Below, piece by piece: positions 11,341 to 25,184 of a stretch of 64,000 nt of DNA. The stretch is from contig MU059972.1 of assembly GCA_013265495.1 (NCBI GenBank), forward strand, positions 1,307,525 to 1,371,524, written 5' to 3'. Position numbers and translations under genes: made by a program. The notes beneath the pieces are model-generated. The model was not told where the DNA came from. It searched no databases and saw only the letters and a program-made list of their open reading frames with translations. The stretch is from Vicugna vicugna (lineage: Eukaryota). How positions within the stretch are numbered: the stretch's first letter is position 1; each line of letters begins with the position of its first letter.

Positions 11341-11754
11341 GAGGCCACCTCCTTCCAGCCACGTGACTGGTCCTTCCTCAGGTCCATCCCCTGGAGAACG
11401 GCTTCTCCTGGATGAGGGAGGCCCCACCCTGGGAGGCTGCAAGCGGGTACGAGACCAGAGATGCCTCCCCCCTAGGCATGCTCCCTCAGGTCCCCACAGT
11501 GGGGACTGTCTGGGGCTGGAACAGGCAGTGCCCCTCAACAGCACAGTTCACTTCTGGGGCCCCTACTCGGAGGGCCTGCCTGCCCCCAGGGGTGCCGGGC
11601 CCACCGGGCAGCCCTCTGCACCCCAGGCCCCGTCACATGACTGCCAGGGCCCGCGCAACTACGGGGGGCCACTGCAGGGCCCAGCGGTGACTCCAGGCGC
11701 CCACGGGGGAGGCCGGGCTCGGGGGCCGGCTCCTAAGAGGGACTCGCGTGACAG

Positions 11755-12276
11755 CTGCGGTGGTCATAAATACGTTTATTTCATTAGAAACGCACAGCTA
11801 CAGTGCTGGGAGGTCCCCCTAGAAAAGTAGGAAGCGGGATTGCCATCAGAATCGTTAGTCGTCTTCGGCAGATACCTGTGCTCGTTACACTGGCAGAGCG
11901 CACAGCAAAGGGCTTCTGCTGCTCCACTTTTTTTTCAATTTTCTTTTTTGTTATAAACACCATAGCAAATTAAAAAAAGCTGTCTGAACAGAGAAAAATA
12001 TCGCAGTTCTCGATTTCCCGCGTGTACTGATGCGACCGCGCTGTGCTTCTGCTCCCGCTCCGGGCACAGCATGTGCTCAAGGAACGGGGCCCCGGGGGCG
12101 CTGCGGGGTGTTCCTGGACGCTCTCCCCCGCGGGCGGGGCACCCAGACGCCCTCCAGCAGGACACGCGCAGCCGCCTCCTGCAAAGCCGAGGGGCCGGGC
12201 ACGTGTGGAACGAACGCTGTGGTGGTGGGAGCCGGTGGCGGCCCCGTCTCGGGTCCTGTCTGGCCGGCCGGCCACC
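11755..12276 (-). other. BANP: BANP 3' UTR (3' end approximate)
   Basis: Runs from the stop codon to just past a minus-strand AATAAA at 11775-11780; contains U-rich and A-rich blocks at about 11925-12000. Confidence 0.7.
11775..11780 (-). terminator. Polyadenylation signal AATAAA (BANP)
   Basis: tttatt on the + strand; first canonical hexamer I saw downstream of the stop codon (about 500 nt). Confidence 0.75.
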
Positions 12277-12348
12277 TCACTGGATCTGGATGGCTCCGTG
12301 CTCAAGCTGCATCTCGGGCTGCAGGGTGGGCTGCAGGGAGTCGGCAGT
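12277..12348 (-). CDS. BANP: BANP last coding exon (72 nt including TGA)
   Basis: TADSLQPTLQPEMQLEHGAIQIQ*; acceptor cccctcttgcag; stop TGA at 12277-12279. Confidence 0.97.
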   Translation of the reverse strand, partial: TADSLQPTLQPEMQLEHGAIQIQ

Positions 12349-14958
12349 CTGCAAGAGGGGAGAGAGGGCGCTTTCCATCAAAGGACCCACCATGCACGCC
12401 CAGGCCGCTCACCGCTCACGAGGCACCGGTGGTTTTCAAGCGCCACAGACACACCCCCAAGCTGGGGTCAGCCCTGCTCCGGGAGGAGACCCTCCCAGGA
12501 CCCCAGCCGCTCCCAGCAGCTCCAACAAACCTGGGGCCACGGTCCCTCCCTGTGCCCATGCCCTCAACGCGTGCTCCCTGGCTCCTGCGGCCTGTTTCCC
12601 ATCCCTACCCGGGCTTCTCCCTGGGGATGCCCTCCAAGGGGGCGGCATGTCCATAGCTCTTAAGTAACTGAAAGGAAAAATACAGTTGTGGAACAAGTCA
12701 CTGATCATCCGTCTCAACCACAAGAATGGGCCCCAGACGCAGGCATGGAGTCTCTTCGGAACCCCCTAAGCTGCCGGTCAAAGACGGCATCACAAAGATT
12801 GGGCTCTCAGAGGCGGGGTACCAGCTGCCCTGGCAGGAATCTGGGCTGGAGGGGCCAGAGGGTGACCCTGAGGAGGAGGCAGAGCGAGTCCTAGGGGGCC
12901 GGCGCTCCAGCTCTGCAGCCTGAGGCTGCGCCTTCTATGTGCAAATGTCAGTGACACACAACGTGGCGTCCCCTTAGCAGGGTCTCCCTGCTTCAGACAA
13001 GGGACTCAGCACAGGCCTTGTCCGAGCCGTCCCCCTCAGCCCACGGGAGGGCCTGGGCTGGTGGAAGGACAGACAGGGAGTTTCTGCAAAAGGGAAGTGG
13101 ACTGGAGAGAGGAGAGAGAGGAGGCTCCAGCCCTACCTGGTGGGCTGCAGGCCCCTCTCCTTGAAACACTGGAAGAGGCGGCCTGAACCCAGGAGCAAGT
13201 AGCAAGGTGTGGGCTGGGCCAGGGATGTGGGGCCGGGGGTAGGAGGGCCCCACACTCTGATGGAGACGCCCCCTCTTCCCTCTGGTCCTCAAAACACAGC
13301 AGGAGACCTGTGCCTCAAGCAGGAGACAGTGGGGCCGGAACGCAGAACAAGGCCAGGCACAGACATCCTGCGCCCGCCCCCCGTCCAGGCCGGCGCTCGC
13401 TGCCCTTCCCACGGCTGCTCCCCGGAGCCCACTCCTCCCACCGGCCAGACCCCTACCCCAAGTTCTGTGGGCTCCCTGCAGGCCTCGTGCCCTCTCTGTC
13501 CATCTCCAGAGCGGCCCTGCCTCTGTGGTCACCGTCGTGTGAAACCAGCAGTGTCCAGCTGTGGCCACGGCTCGGGGCAAGAGCTGGAGGGGCCTGGGGA
13601 GAACGGGGGCTGCGCCTCCTCCAGGACTCACATTTCCAAACTCTGGGCCAAACTGGGACTTGCTGTGAACCAGGATTAAGTCCTCACAGGACTGCTGGTC
13701 ACCCAGCCGGCCACCTGGTCACCAGGCTCACCGTGGACAACCTGCCTGGCCTGCAGGCCCTGTTCCTCAAGCAACCACCAGGGACACAAGGCACGCGACA
13801 CCCAGCGCGGTGCCCGGCAGAGGGCAGGGGTGGGGACTGCCCGGAAACCGGGGCTTTGATGCTAAGCGTGACGGCTGATGGCATGGAGATACACATGGAC
13901 AGTCACACGGGCCGCAGAGGACGCAGAATGCACCAGAGGCGGGGCAGGAGCTGACCAGAGCTGCGGGCAGAGCAGAGGAGCCCCCGCCCACGAGAGCTCC
14001 CGTCGACCTCAGCAGTGAGTCAGCGACGTGAACCTGCAGCCGGAGGTGTGAGGACGTGGACCCCAGCAGCCCGCACTGTTCCCTAGGTGCCGTCTCGGGA
14101 CCAATCCCGTGCTCATTCTCATGAAAACAGGGACACGCCCTGACTTTAGGACTGCCTGTTCTAAACTCAATCCACCACCCAGACAGAACCATGCCGGCCC
14201 CCAGACCCGGGGGCCACGGTGCCGCCCGACCAGGCACACGTGGTGGGGGCCGCTCTGCAGACGTGTCAAACGTCTGTCGCAGCAGCCCTCCCACCTGACG
14301 CTTCAGAAGGTGTCCAAACGGAGCCTGGGCTGGGTTTCCAGCGCTCCTGGGAAAGCGGGGACCACGGGTGGTGAGCGGGGGGAGCACAGCGGGGGGGCAG
14401 GCACGGCTGGACCCGGGGCTCCGCGGGGAGGCGGATGGGCTGTCTGGTGCGGACTGACTGAGGGCAAGTCAGGCCTCAGGGTGGCGCTCCCACAGGAGAC
14501 CTGCCAGTGGTGCCCCGGGGGCCACGGTGGTGGGGCTGCCTGTGAGGAAAGGGCGGGGGCCGCAGAGGGTGCTGCAGGCGCTCACCCAGGCCCCCCACTC
14601 AGAACACAGCGCAGTCGCAGGTACACGGGGCCCCTTTGCTCTGGCGGGGGTCAGGGAAGAACTTAATTCTTGCCTCTAAGTTTATAGGTAAACACTTGCA
14701 CGAGACAGAGTATCTCCACAACCAGGTAAGGCTGGTATCTGGGCCAGAAAACGTCCCCCCTTCACGTTTTCAGGCACTTATGAGAGACAGAGACGCAGAC
14801 AAGCCCCAGTGTCCAAACTGCGCGCCCCTCCCAGATGACTCTCCCTCGTGGGAGAAGGTCAGAGGTAGAGACACCCATGTGTGCTCAAACCTGTAAAGCC
14901 CCAGGTCCCATCCATGCCCAGGGTGCCCACTTCCTGAGGTGGAGAAGGAGAGACCCAC

Positions 14959-15102
14959 CTGAGCCGCCGTGGTGTGGTCAGTCACCGGCGCCAGCTGGAC
15001 GTACTGGACCTGGATGTCACTGCCCTGGAGGGGAGAGCCGTCCACGCCTGTGGCAGCAGGGTCCGAAGAAGCCACGGCGATCAGCTGGGCCCCCTGCAGC
15101 AC
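14959..15102 (-). CDS. BANP: BANP coding exon 11 (144 nt)
   Basis: VLQGAQLIAVASSDPAATGVDGSPLQGSDIQVQYVQLAPVTDHTTAAQ; acceptor tctgctttgtgtgtgcag, donor CAG|gtgggt. Confidence 0.97.
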
Positions 15103-18100
15103 CTGCACACACAAAGCAGACCACCGTCAGCGCAGACAGCTCCGGGCAGAGGCCAGCACCGCCCGCCCCAACCCCAGGGAGAAGCGTCTTCCTGGCGAAT
15201 GTGGTGAGAGGTGCACAGGAGCATGTGTGAGTACAGTGGGGGGGCTGTTCCACTTTGCAAGTCACCTCCCTCCAATGGCCACAAGCTGGGCAGAAGGAAC
15301 AGCTGTTAAGCCTCAGGGGAGAGAAACCCAATCAGCTCGAGTTTCCAAAAAGTGAACACAGGGACCAGGCCGAGGGCAGGTCTCAGACTGACCGGCAAGC
15401 ACAGTACGGGAAGACCCTCCCGGGATCAACGCCGTCTCAGGCTCGTGGGAAGGAGACCCCGAGGGCGGCTGGGAGGACGGGGAGACGGCGCGTGTCCTCC
15501 ACCTGAGGGCAAGACGCCTTCACCCAGCCCTCCGGGGAGCAGGGCGCCCGCAGCAGTTGAGAGTCGGGGAGAAGCGGCAGCCCCCGGAGGGGACCAGTGC
15601 TGAGCGGGAGGAGCCCAGCAGATCCGCGCACCACCAGCTCCCAGGCTCCAGGGGGCTAAGGGCTCTGGGCGGAGGAGCCACGGACTGGAGGGTGAGGCCG
15701 CGATCCCGGCGGGAGGATCCCACAGACCTCCAAGGAGACAGACCACGGACCCCTGTCCCGTGCACCAGGGACCCTGCCTGGGCTGTGCCCGGAGGAGGCG
15801 GACAGATGAGGTCCCTGGGACAAGCTCTGGGTGACCCCAACACTCATGAGCACCCCCGCCCAAGCCCACACCCGCTCGGCCCACCTGGTGCTGCAGCACT
15901 GGGCAGGCGGGCAGGCGCCTTGATGCCCCACAGGCAGAAGGGGCCGGGGGTCCAAGCTCTGCATTCGTGGGATGGGGGCTTTGTACCTAGACCGCCTCAG
16001 ATTACACGCCCACGGGCCCACCTCCCAGGGTCGCCTGCCGGAAGCCGGCCTCCCACTATGGTGGTCAGAGCTGAGGAAGAGGGTAGACGCTTGCAGACGG
16101 GGGGGGGCTGCCCACTCCCGGGAGGGCGGGCGGGGCACACGCCGTGGCAGTCTGGATAAAGTCTGTGGTTTGAGGCAGCATCCAGTTTGTGATGAGCAAA
16201 AGTGGAAAAAAACGTAAATTCAATTTTCAGAATAAAAGATGGCAGGAAGTTCTTAACCACATCAGGAGCAGCGTGTTCTCAGGGCCCGTGCATCAGGTGA
16301 GAGCTTGTGTCAGGCAGCAACGTGGCCCGACGGCTGCTAGGAGACTGGGCAGGGAAGGCAGAAGGCAGGCAGTGGGCCCGGGACCTGGCAGCCGACTCTC
16401 AGGCTGCCCTGCCCTCGTGCCTGCCCGCAGGCCTTGGGCTGAACTGACACACGGGTGGTGAGACGGAAGGTGCTGACCGGGACCCGGCCTCCCACTGTCA
16501 ATAAGCCAAGGGGAGGCCACGTGCTCTGTCTCCTGGATCAGTGTGGCACCCGAGGTGACAGACCCACCGCGCACCCACCCGGGCGATCCTCGCTCCAGCA
16601 GGATGACCCTCGCCCCGGCAGGATGACGGGGCAGCTGTAAGACCACCAGGGTCTCCTGCAGGACGGGCGGGACAGCTCACCTGGACTAGCCCACAGCTCG
16701 CAGTGAGGACGCAGCTCCTGCCTCCTTCCTGCTCACTGCGTGTTCCCAGCTCTTCCAAACAGGCGCTCTAACTGGAACGCATGAGCGCCCAGGATGGTGG
16801 CCAGAAGCAGCACCTCCAGGCTTCCCGCTACGCTACCCGGGCTCAACGTGGTGTGGGAGCCCCGCAGGGCAGCCCTCACTGGGGAGGTGCTGGCGCGGCC
16901 GCGCTGCCCCTGTACTTGTCTGAACAGAGCCCATCACCTCCGCTGGGGGAACGGCTGAGGCTACAAACGCGAAGCAGCAGACGAAGGGAGCCCTGGGTCT
17001 CAAAGCACTGGTTTTTCTGGCATGCCCACGTCTGCTTTTCCTCCACGTTCTGCCAATTTTGAAACTCTGTTAAAAACCCAACTGAGATAATGCAAACCTG
17101 GTGCAAAACCTAAAATAAATGCAAGGAGCCCGAGGACTTTTCAGTCACATTTAGACACAAAATTCTGGATCCAACCAAGAATCCACCCAGACAAACACAC
17201 ACACGAACTTGAAAAAAGCAACAACCCCTCGTGCTCTCACAGGACGAGACCGCTCATCTCGAGGCTTCCTGCAGAAGCCAAAGTCTCTGACCCGTTTCTG
17301 CTCTTCTGTCTGAACCCGGCGGGTTAAGGCAATGCAGTCAACTCAGCCAGGGGACGTTCCCAGACCTGGATGCTAACTCCCTGTGGCAGAAGGAAGAGGA
17401 GTTGAGAGGAAGACGCCCCCAAACAGTGGCCTGGAATCTTTTTCATACGTTTGTACAGCAAATGCCAGAAACAAACAATCGTGCTTAAGCCTCTAAACCC
17501 AACCATGCAAAGTAATTCACCTTCCCGGATCCAGCTTTGAGTTCTGCCCACGAGCAGCCGGTCAGCCACAAGCACAACTGGCCAGAAACCCACAGGCGAG
17601 CGAGGAGCAGAACAGAACAGAGCCCCCGGGGTGATCCTCGAGCCCGACAGGCGAGGCCCAGCTTGGACACCTGTCACAGGCCTCAGGGCTCCAGCAACTG
17701 ACGCAGCGTTTCACAGAAGCACCCCACAGCCCGGCCGGCCAGCCTGCGCACCCCGACAGGAGGAGGGAGACAGATTTACACCTCAGAGCCACGGGAGGTG
17801 CCCCAGGCACTGCGGCCTGGCCTGTGCAGCCGCCGCGGGCAGGCGGCAGGGAGAGTTGCTGCTGCCGCGCGCTCTGGGGCGCCTCCCAGCACCGGGCGTG
17901 AACCTCAAACCCAATCGGGGAGAAGGCAAAACAAAGCCTAAAACACAAGGCAAAACCGGAAGTCTGGAGGTGCGTGGCGTCCAGCCCGGCGTTCCAGAGG
18001 GCGGCGCTCCTGGGAGCAAATCTTAACCATGTGTCTCAAGACCTTCCCGTCCCTGGGAGGGGAGGGGAGGGGCGAAGCTGACTAACACAGCCCAAGTCAA

Positions 18101-21100
18101 ATCCAGGGCCCTGCGCTGTCCCGTGGGTCCGGGCCTCTGGCTTCTAGAAGGGCAGGTGGGGTGGGCAGGGCATGGGGGATCCAGAGCAGGAAGAACAGAA
18201 AGGTTTTCATCACACCTGTAGGTGGGCCATCCCCTCACTGCACTGCCGTCCGGCCAGGGGATGCACGCGGCCGGCGGCAGGAGGAGGACAGCAAAGGCTC
18301 CCACACCATCCCTGGATGATGCACACTGCCCCATCATTCTCTCTTTAATTCGGAAAACTCTTGGCACAGAACCAGGGAAATTACAGCCGTGCTCACTGGG
18401 ATGGGACAAAAGAAAGAACTTCCAGGAAGACATGACACAATTTTCCTACCGGGTTCAACTCCGTAGGAAGCTTTCATCAGGCCTGCTCCATTCACATCTG
18501 TGTCCTCTGGGAGATGCCAATGTCAACCAACTGCCCGCACGGTGGGGGCACTGTCCTCAGACCCTCACCCACAAGCCTGAGTGAGGACAGTGACGGGCAA
18601 ACCGAGGGCCCCGGCGCAAGTGCACCCGCAGAGGCCACGCGAGTCCTGCAGGACCCTGAATGTGCACCCCTGGGGCCACCTGCCCCGGGGTCACGTCCTG
18701 CAGGTGCTCCCTGGGAGAAGGAGCCTCCGGGCGGGACGTGAGGACCCCGAGCTCAGGGCTCCTGCCCCCACGGCACCTGCCGTCCAAACCCGCCACAGCC
18801 AGTGGGTGAGGGAACACAGAGGGGATGCAACCGAGAGAGCTCTCGTGTGAACACGACAACCAGGCTGCCGTGCAAGTGCGTCCTGCCCTGTAAACACACA
18901 GTCAAGTTCAGAGTCACTCCCAGGTTCACTCTCAAAGGGAGAAAGAACAAATGGGATGTGATCCTGAGCTTGAACGTCTTCTTCCACAGTAACCCTGGCC
19001 GAGCGGCTGGAGGGCTCGCCGGCCCCCTTGTCCATCAGAACCCAGCTCAGAGCCTACAGCCCCGCTGCTTGCGCCTCCCACCCCTGGACTGGACAGCCCT
19101 GCCCTCCCCGTCCAGTGCTGCCGACTATGTCCTCCTGGAAGCCCTGGCCCTGCAGCCCTGCAGCCCAGGGGCCAGCTCAGTGCAAACTACGGCCCCCTCC
19201 CGGCCCGGACTCCCTCCCGGCCCGGACTCCCGTCTGAACTCAGACACCTCCCCTCTGGAACGAGCCCCCGGAGTGCAGTCCGACCACAGCCTTCTGGGCT
19301 CCCACAGTTTGCTGGGAAAGCTGGGGCCTGGGCAGGACAGGAGGGAACTGCCTCGTCCCCATGGGTCTCTTCCAGCTCCGCTCTGTGACTACAGACAAGC
19401 GAACCACTGGAAACACGGCCAGCCTTCAAGGGGCAGCCCCATCGGAGGGCTCACCTACCACCCACCCTCCTCCGCAGTCAGAAACTCGGAAAGCAAGTTC
19501 CTGGAGCAGGAGTGGGGGCTCTCCTTTCAGCAGACAGCAGCTGCTCAGACGGCTCCTGGATTCTTGGGTGTAAAGAGCCCTGAGTTGCTGTGCGCTGTTG
19601 CCCCAACGCCAGGGACACTGTCCGAGCACCAGACAGGGTCCCTGCCCCGACCGCTCGCGGGGCAGCTGCCCCTCTGCACACAGGCCCATCTCAGAAAACA
19701 GACAGTGAGGAAAAGCTTTGGGAAAACCCAGAGAAACCACTAAACCTTCCTCATGCAGAAGAAGTTCTACGGCTTGGACCTCACCAAAAGGAAACCTGTG
19801 ATTAGCCAGAAGTGTCACCCTTTCAGCTTCTCGGGCTGTGAGCTTCATGCAAGTCGCCTACACTTGCAGGTTATTACTCACGATTAAAGTTACCAGCGAT
19901 CATATGCTACATTTTAAAAGGCTTAGAGGTAAAAGACTGTTTCAGAATGCCCCCAATTAACCCGTGTGCTGACAACTGACTAAGTGCTAACTTGGGGCAC
20001 TCACCATCGCATCCCCTCGTCGACAAGCAGGCGCTGAGCACCGCGCGCTGGTACTCCACCAGGTGCCGCGAGGCCAGAAAGCAGCCAAATTTGGATCTAA
20101 TAGTATTAAAGCTTTTTAATTTAACCTTGTAAACATGTATTTGAAAATGATGAAATTGATTAAAAACGATTCTGGAATTTTAAAAATGATTCTCTGTCAC
20201 TCCTCCTTGACTGTCTGGAGTCAAGGGGCTCAGGGCCACGGAACGCATCCCAACACCGGGAAGAGTCTTTGGGTTTGATTGTAAGAGTGCTTCAGCCTCA
20301 GCTAATACGAGCCCTCAAAGCCCTCGTCATTCCAGCAACTTAAAACCCTGGAAACGTGCCCGCAGGGGCCGCCACATCGCCCAGCTTCTGAAAACCACAT
20401 CTTCCCCGGCCCGAACCTCTGCCCAACCTTCTCCTGGCCTTGCCCCACCGGAAACAGTCTCGTCCGTCCCAGCTCCAGGGACAAAGGACAGGCCTGGAGG
20501 AGCACGCCAGGGTTGCCAGCTGGTTCTCACCCACCACACCTGCATCTGCCTTCCTCGCGCCCACGGGCCCAAGGCCGGCCCTGCGGGGCCCAGAGTCAGC
20601 GGCAGGGACGCCGGGCCCCAAGCTCAGCCGCCTCTGCCAGGTAGCAGGGGACCCACGGTGGCTTGTGTGACTTTCCTAGGCTATTGTGTGGAACGAGCCA
20701 ACACCAAACTTACCCCACAGCTGAGCTTTCATGGCTTAAATATTTTCCACCATTTCTGGTAGAGAAGGCTTTCCCACAAGGGATTAACCCCCTGAGCTAC
20801 CTAGGTTCTCCAAGACGTCTGTGTTCCGGCGTGTGACGTGGGAACATATTTTCTTGAAGGGAACATTTTTATGAGAATTTTAGTGACACAAGGCTGAGAT
20901 TGCTCTCTGGGTGTGACACACCATCCAAAGTGGACTGGGGCCTCTGGGAGCGGCAGAGACCGCTCCACTGCTACCGATAAAGGCGCCCTACACACCACCC
21001 ACACGTGCACACCATGGAACACCACACACACGCACGCGCACACATACCACGCACACATCACATACACACTCTTCTTCTCATCCTCTCCAAAACAGTCCTG

Positions 21101-24100
21101 CACATAAAATGTTGGGTACTCCCCACCTCTTCTAATCTTTTTTCCAGCTGGGTTTATAAGCCTCATTTTATGGAAAAAATTCTGTAAGCTACTGAAATTT
21201 ACTTTTAAGCAAAGTCGAAGGAAAGACACAACTGCCAAAGAAGTGGAGAGAGGTTCAGAAGTCTCAGGAGTGCCACAGCTGCTCAATCACACGCCGACAG
21301 CCTCAGGGAAGTTATCTCAAGTGCAAGAGGACAGTGACCTGGACGCCTCGCCAGGCTGCCTCTGTTGAATGCCCGTGAAGCGTGTGTGTGCGTGTATGCA
21401 TGCGCGAGTGTGCGCACCCGGTACACTCGTCATCACAGAGACGAGCTTTACCAGAACACACACCTCCCAGGGTTCCGAGTGTCCTGCCATTTGCCAGACA
21501 CATCTTAGATAACATTAGCTACAGCTGTAAAGAAATAAAAATAAAAATCTACCAGAATGCTCGTCTAGTTGAAACAGTACTAAGCAGTTTCCAGACCTAC
21601 AGAACAAATAGCACAACCAAAGCTCCAGTCTTTAAAGGTTTCCCACGTGGCTGCAAACCTCCCAAATACAGAGGAAAAAGCTGACCCAGGTTTGAAAGTC
21701 CCAACAGATATGACACTGCCTTGTGACAGAGAGGTGCCCGGCGAGCCTGACCCCTCACCACGCCCGCTCGGCAGGGCCTGGGCACCCCCGGCTCCGCGCC
21801 AGCCCACAGACCCGGCCCTGCTCTCCTCACCCACCTCCCAGCTGGCTACCTTCCCCCCGGCAAAGCCTCCTGAGAGCTGGGCAGAGGGGCACGCCACTGC
21901 AGTCTCCACAGAGAACGGCAGAGCACGGGGTGGAGCTTGGCTCCCGAAGACCAAAACCTGATCCCTCGGTGGTGATGGCGGCAGTGGCGGTGAAGAGAGT
22001 GGAGGTGACAGTGGCTGCGCAGCCCTGTGGGTGACATCAGCAGTAAGGACGCGGTCCTAGGGCTTCAGGAGTCAGTAAGAGTCGGGGTCTGCGTCCATGT
22101 GGACTTGACATCCCCACACGAGCCCAGAAGAGCTGGCGCCCACTGTCCCCACGTGGAGACAGGAATAACCTCACCTGGTCCCTGAACGCATCTCATGTCC
22201 TCAAAGGAAACACCACAGGAGGGGCCAGGACGTGGGAGTGAGCGCACGTCTGGCTCCAGAAAGGGACGCTGAGTCCCTGCCGGCTCCGTGCGTGGCTGTG
22301 GCCCACGTCCCCGAGTGGGGAGGGACCTGGTCTTCTCCCCGCGGACACGGCCGCCATCCAGCCACACGCATAGTAGCCTTATGCCCGCCGGCCGGGTGGC
22401 GTCTGCCCCGCACACTGATCGCACGTGGGGCAGCTCAGGGCCAGGTGACCCCGGTCCACAGCCCTACGGCAAGGAGCAGGTTGATGCCCAGAGAAGAGGC
22501 CCAGGCAGTGGGCAGGGCGGCCACACCCCAGGGGCCTCCCGCCTGAGAGCCACATCACCCATGGGAGAGTCCCCGTGGCCTCACAGGAAAGGCCATCACT
22601 TCTCACTTGAAACGCACCCCAAGTCAGCTCCTCCATCCCTGCAGAATGCGATCCCATGGCTCTCAATATTGGAGGGCCTTCTGTCTTCATTCTTCAGACA
22701 CTTCTGGGAACGCATGCCAAATTAAAGCCTGCACCACACTGAACACCACTCGGACAAGAACGCACCTTACACACCTGGCACGCTTACACACCCCCATCTG
22801 AATGTCCCGCTCTCATTCTGCGATTCCCGATTGGGACAGGCCACCTCTGCTGGGAGTCCCAGGTTTCCCTGCTGCTGACCAGATTTCCTCCTGAAGGCCC
22901 GTTCTCCATTCAGACTCCACAAGCCCCTGAACTACCTGTGGAGGCACCCCACCCCACACCAGCCCGTTTGCTCACAGAGACACTGGGGCCAGGAGACAGT
23001 GGCATAGCCGTGTGACCATCCTTAGTAACGCTGAACCCTGCAGACCGGGAATCAACACGAAGCTGATGAGATAGCGGGTGGGGGGCTGAATCCAGAGGGC
23101 AGTGACACCCCAGCTTCTCCGCAGGCCTCGCTAACTCAGGGGCCCCTCTACCCCAGAGTTGAGGAGGCCGTGGGCACCTCTCCCCCCACCTGCACTGCAA
23201 CCTGCCTGCCAGGAAGACCGAGGCCACGTCTGGCCAGAGGGGTGGGAGCCTTTGGGCACATCCTCTCATAGGCACAAGAGAGACAGGGGTGGGAGGCTCC
23301 CGTTCCAGCCCCGCGATGCTCTCCGTCTGCTCCACAGGGACATCGAGGCCACTGGGGGTCCTGTGTCTGGTGCAACATCATTCTGTCTTGCAAACATTGG
23401 GTCAACTTAGAAAATGAAGTTGTTATGAGCAGGCTTACTTAACAGGAACTAGGACAGGCAAAAGGAGAGAGAAGAACTTCCACAAATGGGAAATAAGAAA
23501 AGATGACCTAAACAGATTTACCAGGAGAAAGCAGTTTCCTCGGAAGACATACTGCTGCTTTCAATCTGAAAGCAGAGTTTCCTCTAGGGATGGAACCTCC
23601 CTGCGAGTCCCGCCTTCACCTGAGCCCCGTCTCTGACAGGAGCCCCCAGGGGCCGGCAGCGGGGACCCGGCGGTGGCAGGGGGGCAGCGTGAGATCCTAC
23701 AGCCAAAATCAGCCAGTGGTCAGTGAGTTCCCACTCGCGGGACAGAAGGCGCCCAGAGGGGAGACGCACATATTCTGCGCTGAGGCCGCTGAGAAAGGGG
23801 CGGGAGCGCGGGGGGTGAGGCCAGGGCAGGCGCGGGTTAGGGGGAACAGGCCCGGGGGCCCGGGGGCTGTCCTGGGGGGGGAGGGGCGGGGAGCGCGGAG
23901 CAGGCTCTGGTCTGGGGGCTTCCGGGGTCCCTGCTGAGCTGGCACTGGGGGCTGGAGCTCGCGCTCCTGCCTCACCAGCCCACGAGGGCCGGCTTCTCTG
24001 GGATGAGGTGCCTGTGATCAGACACAGAACACAAAACTAATGTAATATACAGACCCGATTATATTTCAAAAATCCCAAGTGGAATTTTTCTCCAGCAACA

Positions 24101-25145
24101 GAAACAAAGGGAAAATCAAAGTAACACACGTCCTTTCCTCCTGAATCAAAGTCCAGCGACATCTGACACTGAGGGTAACACCTCACTCCCAGCAGAAACA
24201 CAAACCAGCAAACCGTCAGAAACAGAGACGAACGGCCGACACGGCCCTGCCCTCCTGCCCGGCGACAGAAAACCTGCAAGAGAGACGGCCTCCAGCAACA
24301 CCTTCCCACTGAGGTGGCCCAGCGAGAGAAAGCAGGGTGCGTCTTTCTACACGATGCATTTCTTTGGCTGTCTGGCTCCTTTCCGAGGCAGCTACGTTCT
24401 ACTTAGGTATTAATCCTGCTTCAGGTCTCTGATTAAGACCTCATGTGTACGCAGACGAAACTTTCAAACTAAGGAACTCCAACTTAAACAAAGGTTGCGC
24501 TGGCCCCAAGGCGCTCCGAGGGCTCAGGAGGAGATACGGGGCGCGGCCGTGCTTCAGCTCCGCGCCCAGGGACACAGCCCGCTCGAGGCAGACAGGCCCT
24601 CGTCGAGGACGCGGGGCGCACACCAGTTCTGCGAGCGAGGAGTGCTAGTGTCTTGAGAGTAAGTGAGCCTTACCAAAAAGGAAGACCCTCCAGCATCTCT
24701 TCCCTAATTACTCAGAGGTTACAAACATCTCTTTAACAGAAACCCTTCAAGAGGACACGAAAACATAAATCCTCGAGGTCATCAGCAGTTTCACTCCATC
24801 TGAGAAAGCAGATCACTCCCGAGAATGCCTCGGTCAGGGCGTCACTTTGCAGACGATCCCCACAGGCGAGCTCCGCAAGGGTTTCCATTACTCTTTTTGA
24901 TCAGACCAGAAAAGAGGGCAGTGGTTGCAGTGTGACAGCGACGACGTATGCGAACAAGACCTACCTCACCCTAGCACACGGCGGCTGCGCAGCAGCCCGG
25001 AGCCCCGCCGTCGGCGCCCGGTCCTCCAGGGCCCCTGAGGCCCCGGGAGAAAAGCGGTGCTTCCCGGGGCGGACGCTGCACCACCTCCCAGTCCCGCTCC
25101 CTCCCCACGGTGACGCCAGGCCTCGGGGCCCTGGTGAGCACCTAC

Positions 25146-25184
25146 CTGCCCATCCTGTCCCACGTGGTGGATCTGCAGGTTGCC
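25146..25184 (-). CDS. BANP: BANP coding exon 10 (39 nt)
   Basis: GNLQIHHVGQDGQ; acceptor ctcttccacctcgtag, donor CAG|gtaggt; too short to appear in the ORF track. Confidence 0.93.

Noticed and set aside
18802-19743. 313-aa + strand ORF
   Set aside because: Intronic and antisense to BANP, Pro/Ser/Gly-rich low complexity, non-ATG start and no recognisable domain; expected by chance at this GC content
20055-20070. Second CTCF-like motif CCACCAGGTGCCGC
   Set aside because: Mismatch at a highly conserved G of the core; too weak to call
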